Positions 25,283 through 35,511 of a stretch of 64,000 bases of DNA are shown here, piece by piece. Numbering within the stretch: position 1 is the first letter of the stretch; each line of letters begins with the position of its first letter. The stretch covers positions 238,802 through 302,801 of the forward strand of contig JALCDB010000001.1 in assembly GCA_022641095.1 (NCBI GenBank), read 5' to 3'. The notes below the pieces were generated by a model that was not told the origin of the DNA, ran no database searches, and saw only the letters and a program-made list of their open reading frames with translations. The position numbers and the translations under genes are program-made. Source of the DNA: Bacilli bacterium (GTDB taxonomy: Bacteria; Bacillota_I; Bacilli_A; RFN20; CAG-826).

Positions 25283-26809
25283 ATGTTTAAGAAGAACATT
25301 TCGATCCTATTGCTTTCCGCAGGCGCGGCCATGGCGCTCGTCGCTTGCGGATCCACCTCAAGCCCCTCAAGCGAGGCCTCTTCGGCTCCCTCGGACAAGA
25401 TCACGGTCTCTTTCATGGATGGAAGCGCCGTCCTGAAGACCGAGGAAATCGAGAAAGGAACCAAGGTTGCGTCCTATACACCGGTTAAGGATGGCACGAG
25501 CTTCATCGACTGGTATCTGACGCCCTCATTCTCCCGCTACTTCGATTTTGATGCGTCCCTCAACGCGGACACGCAAATCTACGGAGCGTTCTCGACCTAC
25601 GCCGAGGATACGCGAAATTACTTCATCGCCGGTTCGGGAACCAGCAAAACCCTGACCGAATCAAATTGGGGGAAAGTCGCCACCGACAACCTTAAGTTCG
25701 CCAAAGCATCAGATGCCAACGTCAACAAATACACGTATACGGCGAACCTGTTCAGCGGCGATATGTTCCAAGTGACGGAACTCTCAGGGGATCCGCTCGC
25801 TTGGGGATGGCAATTCGGGTACGGCTACATCAAGAACGTGACGGAAGTGGCCGATTTCACCAAATCATCCGGAGGATTGGCCGATTCCACGCGCAAGAAT
25901 AACATCCAGTTGACCAAGGACGGCAATTACACCATTACCTTGGTCACCTATCCCGACCACGATAACGACAGCGAGGACAACGCCGCCGCGAAGATCAACA
26001 ACTGCGATCGCCTGACGATAGTGAGAAACGGCGACTCAACCGAAGAAAAAGCGACCGGGACAACCGATTTCTACATCAAAGGTAACAAAATCACGAATTG
26101 GCAGAACGTCTACGATCCCCAAGCCAAGATGAGCTATGACAAAGCCACGAACTTATACTCATTGACCACTTTCCTCGACCAGGGCGATGAGTTCATGTTC
26201 TTTTCGCGTTTCACCGACAGCGCCACCAACGTGACGACCGACGGCAACGAATTCATCAAGGGCGAGAACCTCGCCGCCGATGAAGACACCACCACCGCTT
26301 TAAAAGCCAACGCGAACGGAAACATCCTCGCCAATATCAAAGGCCAATACGTCTTCGTTTACGACGCCACGACGAAAAAGCTATCGGCAAAAGCCGACGC
26401 CAGCAAATACATCGCCGAGGGAAAATACTACCTTAACAGCAACCTCCTCGCCGACGACTGGTCGATCAGCACTTGCTTCAACGAGGGTTATCGCCTGAAC
26501 GAAACCGCCGAGGGCTCGTTCGTCTATAAGGCTTCCGGAATCGTCATGGCGGAGGGTAAGGAGTTCGCCATCGCCGAATTCACCGCGGACGCCACCGAAC
26601 CGGGGAAAGACTGGGCGAACAGTTTGGGAAGTTTCAATTTCCAGAACCTCGCCGCCAGCGGCGAAGCCAACGCCAACGACCAGTTTGAGGCCGCCAATCT
26701 GTCCGGCGAATATCCCAACTACAACCTCAAGGTCAAAACCGCGGGAACCTACGACGTGACTTTCGATGCCTATAGTTCCCTCATCACCATCATCGCCCAC
26801 GCGAGTTGA
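25283..26809 (+). CDS. surface lipoprotein with a Listeria/Bacteroides-repeat module; possible glycan-binding protein of the starch locus
   Basis: Lipobox: MFKKNISILLLSAGAAMALVACG. The segment VSFMDGSAVLKTEEIEKGTKV...FIDWYLTPSFSRYFDFDASLNADTQIYGAF fits the Flg_new repeat pattern. Confidence 0.7.
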   Translation: MFKKNISILLLSAGAAMALVACGSTSSPSSEASSAPSDKITVSFMDGSAVLKTEEIEKGTKVASYTPVKDGTSFIDWYLTPSFSRYFDFDASLNADTQIYGAFSTYAEDTRNYFIAGSGTSKTLTESNWGKVATDNLKFAKASDANVNKYTYTANLFSGDMFQVTELSGDPLAWGWQFGYGYIKNVTEVADFTKSSGGLADSTRKNNIQLTKDGNYTITLVTYPDHDNDSEDNAAAKINNCDRLTIVRNGDSTEEKATGTTDFYIKGNKITNWQNVYDPQAKMSYDKATNLYSLTTFLDQGDEFMFFSRFTDSATNVTTDGNEFIKGENLAADEDTTTALKANANGNILANIKGQYVFVYDATTKKLSAKADASKYIAEGKYYLNSNLLADDWSISTCFNEGYRLNETAEGSFVYKASGIVMAEGKEFAIAEFTADATEPGKDWANSLGSFNFQNLAASGEANANDQFEAANLSGEYPNYNLKVKTAGTYDVTFDAYSSLITIIAHAS

Positions 26810-26820
26810 TCGCGCTAAAA

Positions 26821-26852
26821 GGCAAGGCGCACCCAACAAGGCGCGCCTTGCC
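26821..26852. terminator. 10-bp GC-rich hairpin between convergent genes
   Basis: ggcaaggcgc (26821-26830) pairs with gcgccttgcc (26843-26852). There is no clear T-run. Confidence 0.4.
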
Positions 26853-27638
26853 TTAACGAACGAAAAGATGCCTGGCTTGCGGTTCCTTCGAGCGAGTGAC
26901 CTCAAGAAAGCAACTCAGCAGCGAATCGATCTTGTCTTGGCTATAGGCGCTAAGGAACGCCGGACGCAACCCATGTTCGCGGCAATACTCGTAAATGGCC
27001 TCGTCCCGAACGAAAAAGGGGACGCCGGAAGGGGGCAAAGACGAGAGCAAGTCCTCCGAAGAGGAGACGTAGCGGGCCTTGAAATGGGCTTCGACGTATT
27101 TCCGATAACTTTCGTTGGCTAAAGGAAGGGAAATCAGGATCCCCGTTCCGTCATATGAGGAGAAATCGTCGCTGATCTCATAAAAAAGCGGATCGTTGAC
27201 CAAGCAATCCAACGCGATTACGGGAACGAGGTTGTTGCTTGCGATCTCGCGGAAGAAAGCGTCCTCGGCCCCGACGACGACGATGGCGTCGACGTCGCTG
27301 ATCGAAGACGTCTCCTTGGAGGAAACGAAGTACGTCCGATAGCCGATTTTTTCAAAGGAAGAGGTCAGCTTCTCAAAGGAGAGAAAGGCATTGGCCTCCG
27401 CCAAAAGGCTGTTCGGATTGCCAAAATAGAAGGCCACCGCGTTGCTCCGGCCCATCGCCAAAGAACGGGCCGCGCCGTTGCTCCGATAGTGATAGAGGTT
27501 GGCAATTTGAAGGATCTTCTTCTTCGCCGAGGCGCCGATCTTCTGGTCCTTGCGGTCATTGAGGACATAGGAGACGGTCGCGATCGAAAATCCCGATTCC
27601 CTGGCGATTTCCTTGATCGTTATCCGTTTCTTGACCAT
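26853..27638 (-). CDS. LacI-family transcriptional regulator (short, 261 aa)
   Basis: N-terminal HTH: MVKKRITIKEIARESGFSIATVSYVLNDRKDQKIGASAKKKILQIANLYHYRSNGAARSL. Confidence 0.85.
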   Translation of the reverse strand: MVKKRITIKEIARESGFSIATVSYVLNDRKDQKIGASAKKKILQIANLYHYRSNGAARSLAMGRSNAVAFYFGNPNSLLAEANAFLSFEKLTSSFEKIGYRTYFVSSKETSSISDVDAIVVVGAEDAFFREIASNNLVPVIALDCLVNDPLFYEISDDFSSYDGTGILISLPLANESYRKYVEAHFKARYVSSSEDLLSSLPPSGVPFFVRDEAIYEYCREHGLRPAFLSAYSQDKIDSLLSCFLEVTRSKEPQARHLFVR

Positions 27639-27691
27639 TTGTTTGATTATATACCATCGCTAAGCTGAGAAAAAAAGAAAGAAGGTTTCCC

Positions 27692-29383
27692 ATGAAACGA
27701 ACTTTGATCGAACACCGCATGGATTCCCCCGATGCCTTTCCCTTGTCGGAGAATTCGTTTTTCGTGCGCCTGCGGGTAAGCAAAGGCGAGCGGTTCGACA
27801 AAGTCGAGGTCCTCTACAACGACAAATACGACTTCCCCAAAAAACAATATCACCTGAAGATGATAAGAAAGGGCGGCGACGCCACGTGGGATAACTATGA
27901 GGCCATCTTGCCTCTTCAAGACCGTCGACTCGCTTACATTTTCCGTTTGGTTCGCGGCGGAAAGAAAAGCTTCTTCAGCGAAGAGGGACTTAAGGATAAC
28001 TACGATTTCCCCCAATCGTATTTCAGTTTCTTCCAATACGCTTTCATCAATGATACGGATATCGTAAAAATACCCTCATGGGCCAAGAAAGCCTGCTTCT
28101 ACGAGATTTTCGTCGATCGCTTCAACCGAGGCGATGGGAGCAAGGACGACTCTTATGTCAACATGCGATGGGGCGGGAAAGTCAAAACCGACTCCTTCGC
28201 CGGGGGCGATATTAAAGGCATCTCGGATAAACTCGATTACCTCACTGGTTTAGGAATCAACGCCCTTTACCTTACTCCGATTTTCCTTTCGAAGAGCAAC
28301 CACAAGTACGACACGATCGATTATTTCCGAATCGATCCCGAATTCGGTAACTCCGATGATCTGAAAACGTTGGTCTCTTTGGCCCACGGAAAAGGCATGC
28401 ACGTGGTTTTGGACGCGGTTTTCAACCACTGCTCCTCGGATTGCAAGGAATTTCAGGACGTCGTAAAAAACGGGGACAAATCGCCATACTACGATTGGTT
28501 CATAATACATGGGACGAAAGTGAACATGAGAAAACCAAACTACGAGATGTTCGCCTCCTGTTCCTACATGCCGAAAATAAACACCTCCAATCCCGAGGCG
28601 GCGGCCAAGCTCATCGAGGTGGGAACCCATTACATCAAGGATTTTGGCATCGACGGTTGGCGCCTCGACGTCAGCGACGAGGTCGCCCATTCCTTTTGGC
28701 GGGCCTTCCGCCTCGCGGTGAAGAATGCCAATCCCGATTGCCTCCTGATCGGGGAGAACTGGCACGACAGTTATTCTTACCTCGAAGGGGACCAATTCGA
28801 CTCGATCATGAATTACACCCTCACCAAAGCCTGCCTTGATTATTTCGCGGGCGAGCGACCAAGCGCAGCGACGATGGCGGAACGCTGCAATCATCTGCTT
28901 ATGAGAAACAAAGCACCCGTCAACTTCATGATGCTCAACTTGCTGGACTCCCACGACACGACGCGCTTCCTCACGAGCCTCCACGGGAACCGTTCCCGTT
29001 TCTACGCGGCTTTGGCCTTCCTTTATTTCTACCAGGGAATGCCGTGCCTATACTATGGCGACGAGATTCCCCTCGAAGGAGGCTACGATCCGGACAACCG
29101 CCGTTGCTTCCCCTCACGAATTCCCGAGGATTCCTTCTTGGGACGAATAAAAGGACTGACGGCCCTTAGACGGATGCCTCTATTTCAAGAGGGGGACATC
29201 AGCGTCGAGGAAGAGAACGGGATGCTCAAAGTCAAAAGAAGCCTCGGACGAAACGAAATGTCGCTCTTCATCAATCTGACGGACGGGAGGAAACGGCCCA
29301 AAACGGGCGAAAGGCTTCTCGAAAACGGATGGAAAGACGGATTTTTGGAACCCAATGGGTTCGTCATAGCGAAAGGAGAATAG
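27692..29383 (+). CDS. GH13 alpha-amylase family enzyme (neopullulanase / cyclomaltodextrinase / maltogenic amylase type)
   Basis: GH13 conserved regions: DAVFNHCS, GWRLDVSDEV, LIGENWHD, LLDSHDTTR. An N-terminal extra domain typical of the cyclomaltodextrinase group is present. Confidence 0.9.
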   Translation: MKRTLIEHRMDSPDAFPLSENSFFVRLRVSKGERFDKVEVLYNDKYDFPKKQYHLKMIRKGGDATWDNYEAILPLQDRRLAYIFRLVRGGKKSFFSEEGLKDNYDFPQSYFSFFQYAFINDTDIVKIPSWAKKACFYEIFVDRFNRGDGSKDDSYVNMRWGGKVKTDSFAGGDIKGISDKLDYLTGLGINALYLTPIFLSKSNHKYDTIDYFRIDPEFGNSDDLKTLVSLAHGKGMHVVLDAVFNHCSSDCKEFQDVVKNGDKSPYYDWFIIHGTKVNMRKPNYEMFASCSYMPKINTSNPEAAAKLIEVGTHYIKDFGIDGWRLDVSDEVAHSFWRAFRLAVKNANPDCLLIGENWHDSYSYLEGDQFDSIMNYTLTKACLDYFAGERPSAATMAERCNHLLMRNKAPVNFMMLNLLDSHDTTRFLTSLHGNRSRFYAALAFLYFYQGMPCLYYGDEIPLEGGYDPDNRRCFPSRIPEDSFLGRIKGLTALRRMPLFQEGDISVEEENGMLKVKRSLGRNEMSLFINLTDGRKRPKTGERLLENGWKDGFLEPNGFVIAKGE

Positions 29384-29390
29384 AAAAACC

Positions 29391-30843
29391 ATGACAAAAC
29401 ATTTGAGGATGACGCTTCTAGCGACCGGAATGATCGCCATGGGGCTGGCCAGTTGCTCGGGCAGAGGCTCCGATAACGTCTCTTCTTCGGACGACGGCGA
29501 CGCCATTTTTAACAAATTCGACGGGGACATCGAGCAGAACGTAACCCTGCACATCCTCGAGAATGACACGGCCAAGAGCCTTGGCTATCTCGATGAGTTG
29601 CTAAACGATTTCAACGCGGCTTATGCCGATAAAGGAATCAAGGCCGTCGACGCCAACATCGACCAGTACACCGACTTGGCCCAAGATGGGCCGGCGGGAT
29701 ATGGTCCCGACCTCATCTACCAAGCCAACGACATGATAATGAAAAACGTGGCCGGACATCACATACTCCCGCTCCCAATTAAGAAAATCGAGGAGGAAAG
29801 CGAGTTGCCTGAGGAAGCCGCCAAGGCTTTTCGCGGGACCGTCAATGGAAAAACCTACACTTTTGGAGCGCCGGTCAACATCCAAGCCCCCTTCCTTTTC
29901 TACCGGAAGGACATGCTGCCTGAGGACTGCGACAAGAACGGCAACGGGGTTCCCGACATGATCGAATCGTGGAACAACCTCTATTCCTACAGCCAAGCGA
30001 TCAAAGCCCAAGGCGGGACGAAACGAGGCTACATGAAAGCTCTCTATGACGTCTATTTTTCCGGCGGCTTCGTTTTCAGCTACGGAGGCTATGTTTTTGG
30101 GAACAACGGCACCGACCCCAACGACATCGGCTTCAACAAAGGGGAATCGTACAAAGGCGCGCGGGAGATCCGCCAACTGGCCAGCGTCATGGATAAAACC
30201 TGCAGCGATACCTCCATCAACACCACCTGCTACAGCAAAATCGCCCAAGGCGAGTTCTTCGCGACCATGACGACCCCAGACGTCAAGAACAACTTCATCA
30301 ACGAGATGGCCAACCAATATGAGACGGCGGAGGGCCTAAGCAAAGACGCGGCCCTGCAAAAGGCCAAGGAACCTCGTGATCGCCGACTTGCCGAAACTGC
30401 CGTCCTCCGGCGACCTGACCGAGGATAACCCGACCCTCATCGACATGAAGACGATGGGCGGCATCAATGGCTATGCCATCTCGAGTTACACCAAAGCGCC
30501 GAAGGCCTGCTTGGCCTTCCTCAATTTCGCCACATCCTACGACATGATAATGAAACGCAGCCAGATGATGGGCATCGCCCCATGCCGCGACGACGCCGTC
30601 AAAGAGGCCGGCGGATTGTCGAGCCGGCTCTTCTCCCGCCTCACCAAAGGAAATATCTATCTCATGCCCTCGATTACCCAAGTGGCTCAGATCTGGACGC
30701 CGGCCGAAACCCTTAACAGGGATTTGGCCATGGATCCCTATCGCCCCGCCTCCGAGCAGAAATACACCACGGACGCCGCCCTTCAAAAAGGGCTCGACAA
30801 AGTCGTCAGCGACATCGCCGCCGCGATTTCCACTTTGCAATAA
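29391..30843 (+). pseudogene. MalE/cyclodextrin-binding-type sugar ABC substrate-binding lipoprotein, frameshifted near 30365-30376
   Basis: Lipobox: MTKHLRMTLLATGMIAMGLASCS. ORF 29391-30428 and ORF 30376-30843 are collinear halves of one SBP. The junction reads ...LQKAKE | NLVIADLPKLP with a 1-nt offset. Confidence 0.8.
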
Positions 30844-30855
30844 CCAGAGTCAGCT

Positions 30856-32217
30856 ATGAAAGCCTCGTTTTCCGGTTGGATCGAAAAGCGGAAAAGCCAT
30901 TGTTCGCGGCTAATCGACTTTTTCGCGACGGCGGATTGGAGAACATGGTGCTCGATGGGCCTTATGGGCTTGGGTCAGCTTTTTCATCGCCAATTCCTCA
31001 AGGGCGGCATTTACCTTCTTATCGAGGCCGCTTTCGTTTATTTTATGGTGGCTTATGGGGGCCGCGGTCTCGTCGGCCTCGTCACCCTCGGCACCGTGAA
31101 AGCCGACCCGTGGCTCGGCACTCCGGGCGACAATTCGGTCACCATGATGCTGAAAGGGCTTTTGACCGTTTTCGCGGTCGTTTTCTTCCTTATGCTTTAC
31201 GTGGGCAACGTCAAGGGATGCTACCGGACCTCGCTCAACGAGGCGAGGGGGATCGCGCCCAATTCCTTCGCCGATGACCTCGCCAACCTCGCGGGAGCGG
31301 ATTTCCCGAAAGTCGCGCTGTTCGTCCCGATCCTCGGCGTCGTCGTTTTCTCCATTGTCCCCATCGTGATGATGATACTGATCGCCTTCACCAATTACGG
31401 GGGAAGCGTCGTTCCGCCGGAGTTGGTCAGCTGGATCGGATTAGGCAATTTCGAAACGATTTTCTCTCTTGGCAACGTCGGACCAACGTTCGGCAAAATC
31501 TTGGGTTGGAACCTTCTATGGGCCTTTTCCTCGACCTTCCTCAATTATTTCCTCGGCATCGGCTTGGCGCTATTGATCAACAAAAAATGCGTGAAGCTGA
31601 AAAGCCTCTTCCGCGTCTTCCCGGTCCTCGCCTACGCCATTCCGGGGTTCATCACCCTCATCGGTTTCCGTTTCATGTTCTCCCTCGGCGGGCCGATCAA
31701 CTACTACCTTTCTAACGGCGGGGCCAACCAGGCCGCCATCGTCGATTTCCTCGGGCTCGACTCCAAGTGGAGCGCCCGCCTTATCGGTTTGCTCGTCAAC
31801 GCCTGGCTTTCCATTCCGACCACGATGCTCCTGGCGACGGGTTTACTAAGCAACATCAACGGGGACCTTTACGAAGCGGCGTCAATCGACGGGGCGGGCA
31901 AAACCAAGCAGTTCTTCGACATCACCCTGCCCTACATAATTTTCGCCACCACCCCCACGCTCATCAGCCAGTTCATTGGGAACTTCAACAATTTCGGCAT
32001 CTTCTATTTCCTAAGGGGTGGGCTTTATAGCGACGGGTATTTCCTTTCCAGCGACACCGATCTTCTCATCAACTGGCTTTATAATCTCTCCATCAGCAAC
32101 AACTATTACTCGATCGGCGCGGCCATATCCCTCATAATTTTCCTCCTGACATCGACCTTTTCCCTTATCGTCTACGTCCGTTCCAACGCCTACAAAAAGG
32201 AGGACACTTACCGTTAA
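30856..32217 (+). CDS. MalF-like sugar ABC transporter permease
   Basis: 453-aa polytopic ORF with the EAA loop YEAASIDGAGKTKQFFDITLP. Confidence 0.85.
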   Translation: MKASFSGWIEKRKSHCSRLIDFFATADWRTWCSMGLMGLGQLFHRQFLKGGIYLLIEAAFVYFMVAYGGRGLVGLVTLGTVKADPWLGTPGDNSVTMMLKGLLTVFAVVFFLMLYVGNVKGCYRTSLNEARGIAPNSFADDLANLAGADFPKVALFVPILGVVVFSIVPIVMMILIAFTNYGGSVVPPELVSWIGLGNFETIFSLGNVGPTFGKILGWNLLWAFSSTFLNYFLGIGLALLINKKCVKLKSLFRVFPVLAYAIPGFITLIGFRFMFSLGGPINYYLSNGGANQAAIVDFLGLDSKWSARLIGLLVNAWLSIPTTMLLATGLLSNINGDLYEAASIDGAGKTKQFFDITLPYIIFATTPTLISQFIGNFNNFGIFYFLRGGLYSDGYFLSSDTDLLINWLYNLSISNNYYSIGAAISLIIFLLTSTFSLIVYVRSNAYKKEDTYR

Positions 32218-32218
32218 T

Positions 32219-33052
32219 ATGAGCCCACGAGTCAAAAAAACGCTCGACATCCTCCTGACTTATTGCGTTTTGATCATCGTTTCCGCCGTTTTCGTTTTCC
32301 CCTGCCTTTGGCTGATCCTCGCCTCCTTCTCCAAATCCGGCTCGATTTATTCTTTCAATGGCTTTTTCCCCTCCTCCTATAGTTTCGATTCCTTCGCCCG
32401 GCTCTTCACCGACACGGCGATGTACAACTACCCCCGCTGGCTCCTAAACACCCTCTTCGTCGCCACCCTCAGTTGCCTTTTCTCAACGCTTTCGCTGATC
32501 CTGACTTCCTACACGATCTCACGCTTCGAGTTCCGAGCCCGGCGTCCTCTCATGAAGGGAGCGTTGGTTCTAGGGATGTTCCCGGCCTTCATGGCGATGA
32601 CCATCATCTACGTTCTCATGACTCAGTTCGACCTTATCAACAACCTTTGGGGACTGATCCTCATCTATTCCGGCACGGCCCCGATGGGCTACCTCGTGCA
32701 AAAAGGCTTTTTCGACACCATCCCCACTTCGATTTACGAGGCGGCGGCGATCGACGGAGCGAGCAACGCAAGGATTTTCCGGACGATAACCTTGCCTTTG
32801 GCCAAGCCGATCATCGTCTACACCGCGCTGACATCCTTCACGTGGCCTTGGAGCGATTTCATCTTGCCAAAACTACTGCTGAAGGACAAAAACATGTACA
32901 CTGTCGCGGTCGGCCTCATGGGACTCGACGAAACGGAATTCTCCCGTTTCGCGGCCGGGGCGGTCTTCATCGCCATTCCTATCGTTGTTCTCTATTTCAT
33001 TTTGGTCAAAGACATGGTCAACGGGCTTACCAGCGGAGCCGTGAAAGGATAA
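32219..33052 (+). CDS. MalG-like sugar ABC transporter permease
   Basis: 277 aa, with the EAA loop YEAAAIDGASNARIFRTITLPLAKP. Confidence 0.85.
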   Translation: MSPRVKKTLDILLTYCVLIIVSAVFVFPCLWLILASFSKSGSIYSFNGFFPSSYSFDSFARLFTDTAMYNYPRWLLNTLFVATLSCLFSTLSLILTSYTISRFEFRARRPLMKGALVLGMFPAFMAMTIIYVLMTQFDLINNLWGLILIYSGTAPMGYLVQKGFFDTIPTSIYEAAAIDGASNARIFRTITLPLAKPIIVYTALTSFTWPWSDFILPKLLLKDKNMYTVAVGLMGLDETEFSRFAAGAVFIAIPIVVLYFILVKDMVNGLTSGAVKG

Positions 33053-33058
33053 AGGCAT

Positions 33059-34792
33059 ATGGCTAACGTGCGTTTGGAAAACGTCTGCAAAATCTACAAG
33101 GGCGGGGTCAGGGCGGTCACCGACTTCTCCCTCGACGTCAAGGATGGGGAGTTCGTCGTTTTCGTCGGTCCGAGCGGATGCGGCAAGTCCACCACTTTGC
33201 GCATGATCGCCGGGCTGGAGAGCATCACGAGCGGGAATGTTTTCATCGGCGGGAAATACATGAACGACCTCGAACCGAAGGATCGCAGCATCGCGATGGT
33301 TTTTCAGAATTACGCCCTTTATCCCCATTTAAGCGTCTACGAGAACATTGCCTACCCTCTCCGCTGCCACCACGTTAAGGGTGAGGAAATCGATAAGCGG
33401 GTGAAAGACAGCGCGGCGATTTTAGGAATCATGGAATACCTGCAAAGGAAACCCAAGGAGCTTTCCGGAGGCCAGCGGCAGCGCGTGGCCTTAGGTCGCG
33501 CGATCGTAAGGCAGCCTCAGGTTTTCCTGCTCGACGAGCCTCTCAGCAACCTCGACGCCAAACTTCGCGTCCAAATGAGGGCGGAGATCTCCAAACTCCA
33601 CGAAAAATTGGGCGCCACTTTCATCTACGTCACCCACGATCAGACCGAAGCCATGACCATGGGCGATCGCATCGTGGTGATGAAGGACGGCTTCATCCAG
33701 CAAGTCGACACCCCAACCAACCTTTATAAGCATCCGGCCAACGTTTTCGTGGCGACCTTCCTTGGCTCCCCCCAAATGAACGTCTTCCGGGGGGAGTTGC
33801 GAAAAAAGAAAGAGGATGTTTCGTTCTATAGCGAAGGCGATTCTGCTTTTTCCGTGCCTCTAAACCCCTTGCTTTTGGGGCAGTTGGAGAACGATTCCTT
33901 TCCTTTGAAAACCAAGTTGGGAGTCCGCCCCAGCGACGTTACGCTCTCCGAAACGGGGGGGATTGCAAAAGCCAAAATCGAGCTTCTCGAGAAACTGGGC
34001 GATCAAACTTTGGTCTATTCGCACCTTTCAGGCCGAGAGGACTACCTAATCGCCACAGTTAACGGGGAAAACGATTTTCGCGCCGGCCAAGAGGTTTCCG
34101 TCTCGTTCAGGAAAGGCAAACTCCATCTTTTCGACGGGAAGAGCGAGGAAAGCCTCACCGAAGGCAAGCCGCTTTGCTTCTTGGATAACGCAAATGGATA
34201 CTATCTGAGTTTAACGCAAATGGAAACGCTGGAGAAACGCCTCATCGAGAAAGGCCGTTCTTCGAAGATCTTGGCCGTGCCAACCGCCGCGATTTCCTTG
34301 GCAAAGGCAAACGGAGACGATCTGGTTCTGTCTTTGGCGTTGGATTGCCAAAGGGATTATGGCGGACGCTCGGTTTGGTTCTGCCACGAAACCCTCTCAG
34401 GGAAAGGCGTGTCCTTTTCGCTTCCTTCCCTAGAGAAAGCCAAGGACCCCTCGCTTCCATTCCAAGCTTTCGTTCAACTTAAGGACATCGAATTGATCGA
34501 TGAGGGAACCAAAACCAAACTGACTGACGTCGAGCCGTTAAGCGCGCCGACATCAAAAGGCGAGCTTTCCTTCAGGAGAGGCGGTTGCTTCATGGAGGGG
34601 GATGGGCGGATCAACCACGAAAAGACCTATATCGTCAAACGGATAAATCGCCTCGGAGCAACGGATCTCTTGATCCTAGAGGGGAGCAAATCCAAGGAGA
34701 AGTTGGCCTATCTCGTTCCCGATTCCGCATTGATATACGTTTCTATGCTGGTGCTCTTCCGTAAAAAAATCCATGCAAAAAAAGGCGATTAG
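33059..34792 (+). CDS. MalK/MsmX-type sugar ABC ATPase with a ~205-aa C-terminal extension
   Basis: Walker A GPSGCGKST, signature LSGGQRQRVALGRA, Walker B FLLDEPLSNLD. The TOBE-like regulatory domain ends at about aa 372, and 205 further residues follow. Confidence 0.9.
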   Translation: MANVRLENVCKIYKGGVRAVTDFSLDVKDGEFVVFVGPSGCGKSTTLRMIAGLESITSGNVFIGGKYMNDLEPKDRSIAMVFQNYALYPHLSVYENIAYPLRCHHVKGEEIDKRVKDSAAILGIMEYLQRKPKELSGGQRQRVALGRAIVRQPQVFLLDEPLSNLDAKLRVQMRAEISKLHEKLGATFIYVTHDQTEAMTMGDRIVVMKDGFIQQVDTPTNLYKHPANVFVATFLGSPQMNVFRGELRKKKEDVSFYSEGDSAFSVPLNPLLLGQLENDSFPLKTKLGVRPSDVTLSETGGIAKAKIELLEKLGDQTLVYSHLSGREDYLIATVNGENDFRAGQEVSVSFRKGKLHLFDGKSEESLTEGKPLCFLDNANGYYLSLTQMETLEKRLIEKGRSSKILAVPTAAISLAKANGDDLVLSLALDCQRDYGGRSVWFCHETLSGKGVSFSLPSLEKAKDPSLPFQAFVQLKDIELIDEGTKTKLTDVEPLSAPTSKGELSFRRGGCFMEGDGRINHEKTYIVKRINRLGATDLLILEGSKSKEKLAYLVPDSALIYVSMLVLFRKKIHAKKGD

Positions 34793-34939
34793 GCGAAATG
34801 ACGGAATTTTGATCCTTCCGTTCCGTCGCCTCGTGGCTTTCGGGAAACGCATCTGAGTCTTTGGCCGTCCAAGCCATAATCAAGGACGCCGAACGAAGAG
34901 GTTTTTTGTTTATGTTCGGTTTCTTCGACGAGATGTTTA

Positions 34940-35403
34940 TCAGCAACCCCCCAAGGGCCGAAAGACCGGTGAACGCGAATATGATGATCGTCGCCGCTTA
35001 GCTCGCATAGGTGTGCAAAAACCCGAGTGCATGATATCTATTATCAAGGAAACGACGAGGCTTGCGATCCTTATCAAGGCGACCGCGACAACGCCGATCC
35101 AGACCCAAGGCGGTACGCTGACGGCGATGACGAAAACGATGGCAATCGAAACCTCAAAGGCCAAATCGGCAAAATTATCCAGTTTGTCCCCCAAAAAAAA
35201 CGCTTTCCGAAATGAATTTCCTCGCCACGAAGCCATCGAGAGCGTCGGATAAGCCCGCAAGCGCGTAGACAGTCCAAAAAGCGATCGGAAAGGTTGTGAG
35301 GAAAACCATGGCCACGGACAAGGGAATGCAAAGAGACGTTATGAGGTTGCCGCGTTTTTCATCTTTTCGCCGAAAGGAAAGGCGAACGCTCTCTTTTTGC
35401 CAT
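34940..35403 (-). pseudogene. CDP-alcohol phosphatidyltransferase family (PgsA-like), frameshifted in homopolymer runs
   Basis: The signature D-G-x2-A-R-x8-G-x3-D-x3-D is split across frames: ...LSDALDGFVARKFISESVFF | GDKLDNFADLA. The break lies at the run whose minus strand reads T8G5 (plus-strand C5 at 35188-35192 followed by A8 at 35193-35200). The ATG at 35403 is also out of frame across the T5 run at 35394-35398. Confidence 0.6.
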
Positions 35404-35511
35404 AAGACTATGCCTTGGCCCCGCGCGATGAAACGATGAATTCCAAGACTCTGTTTCCTATGGCGAACCGCCGCTTGCTTAACGGATCCTCCGCAAAACG
35501 CGAGAAAAGCC

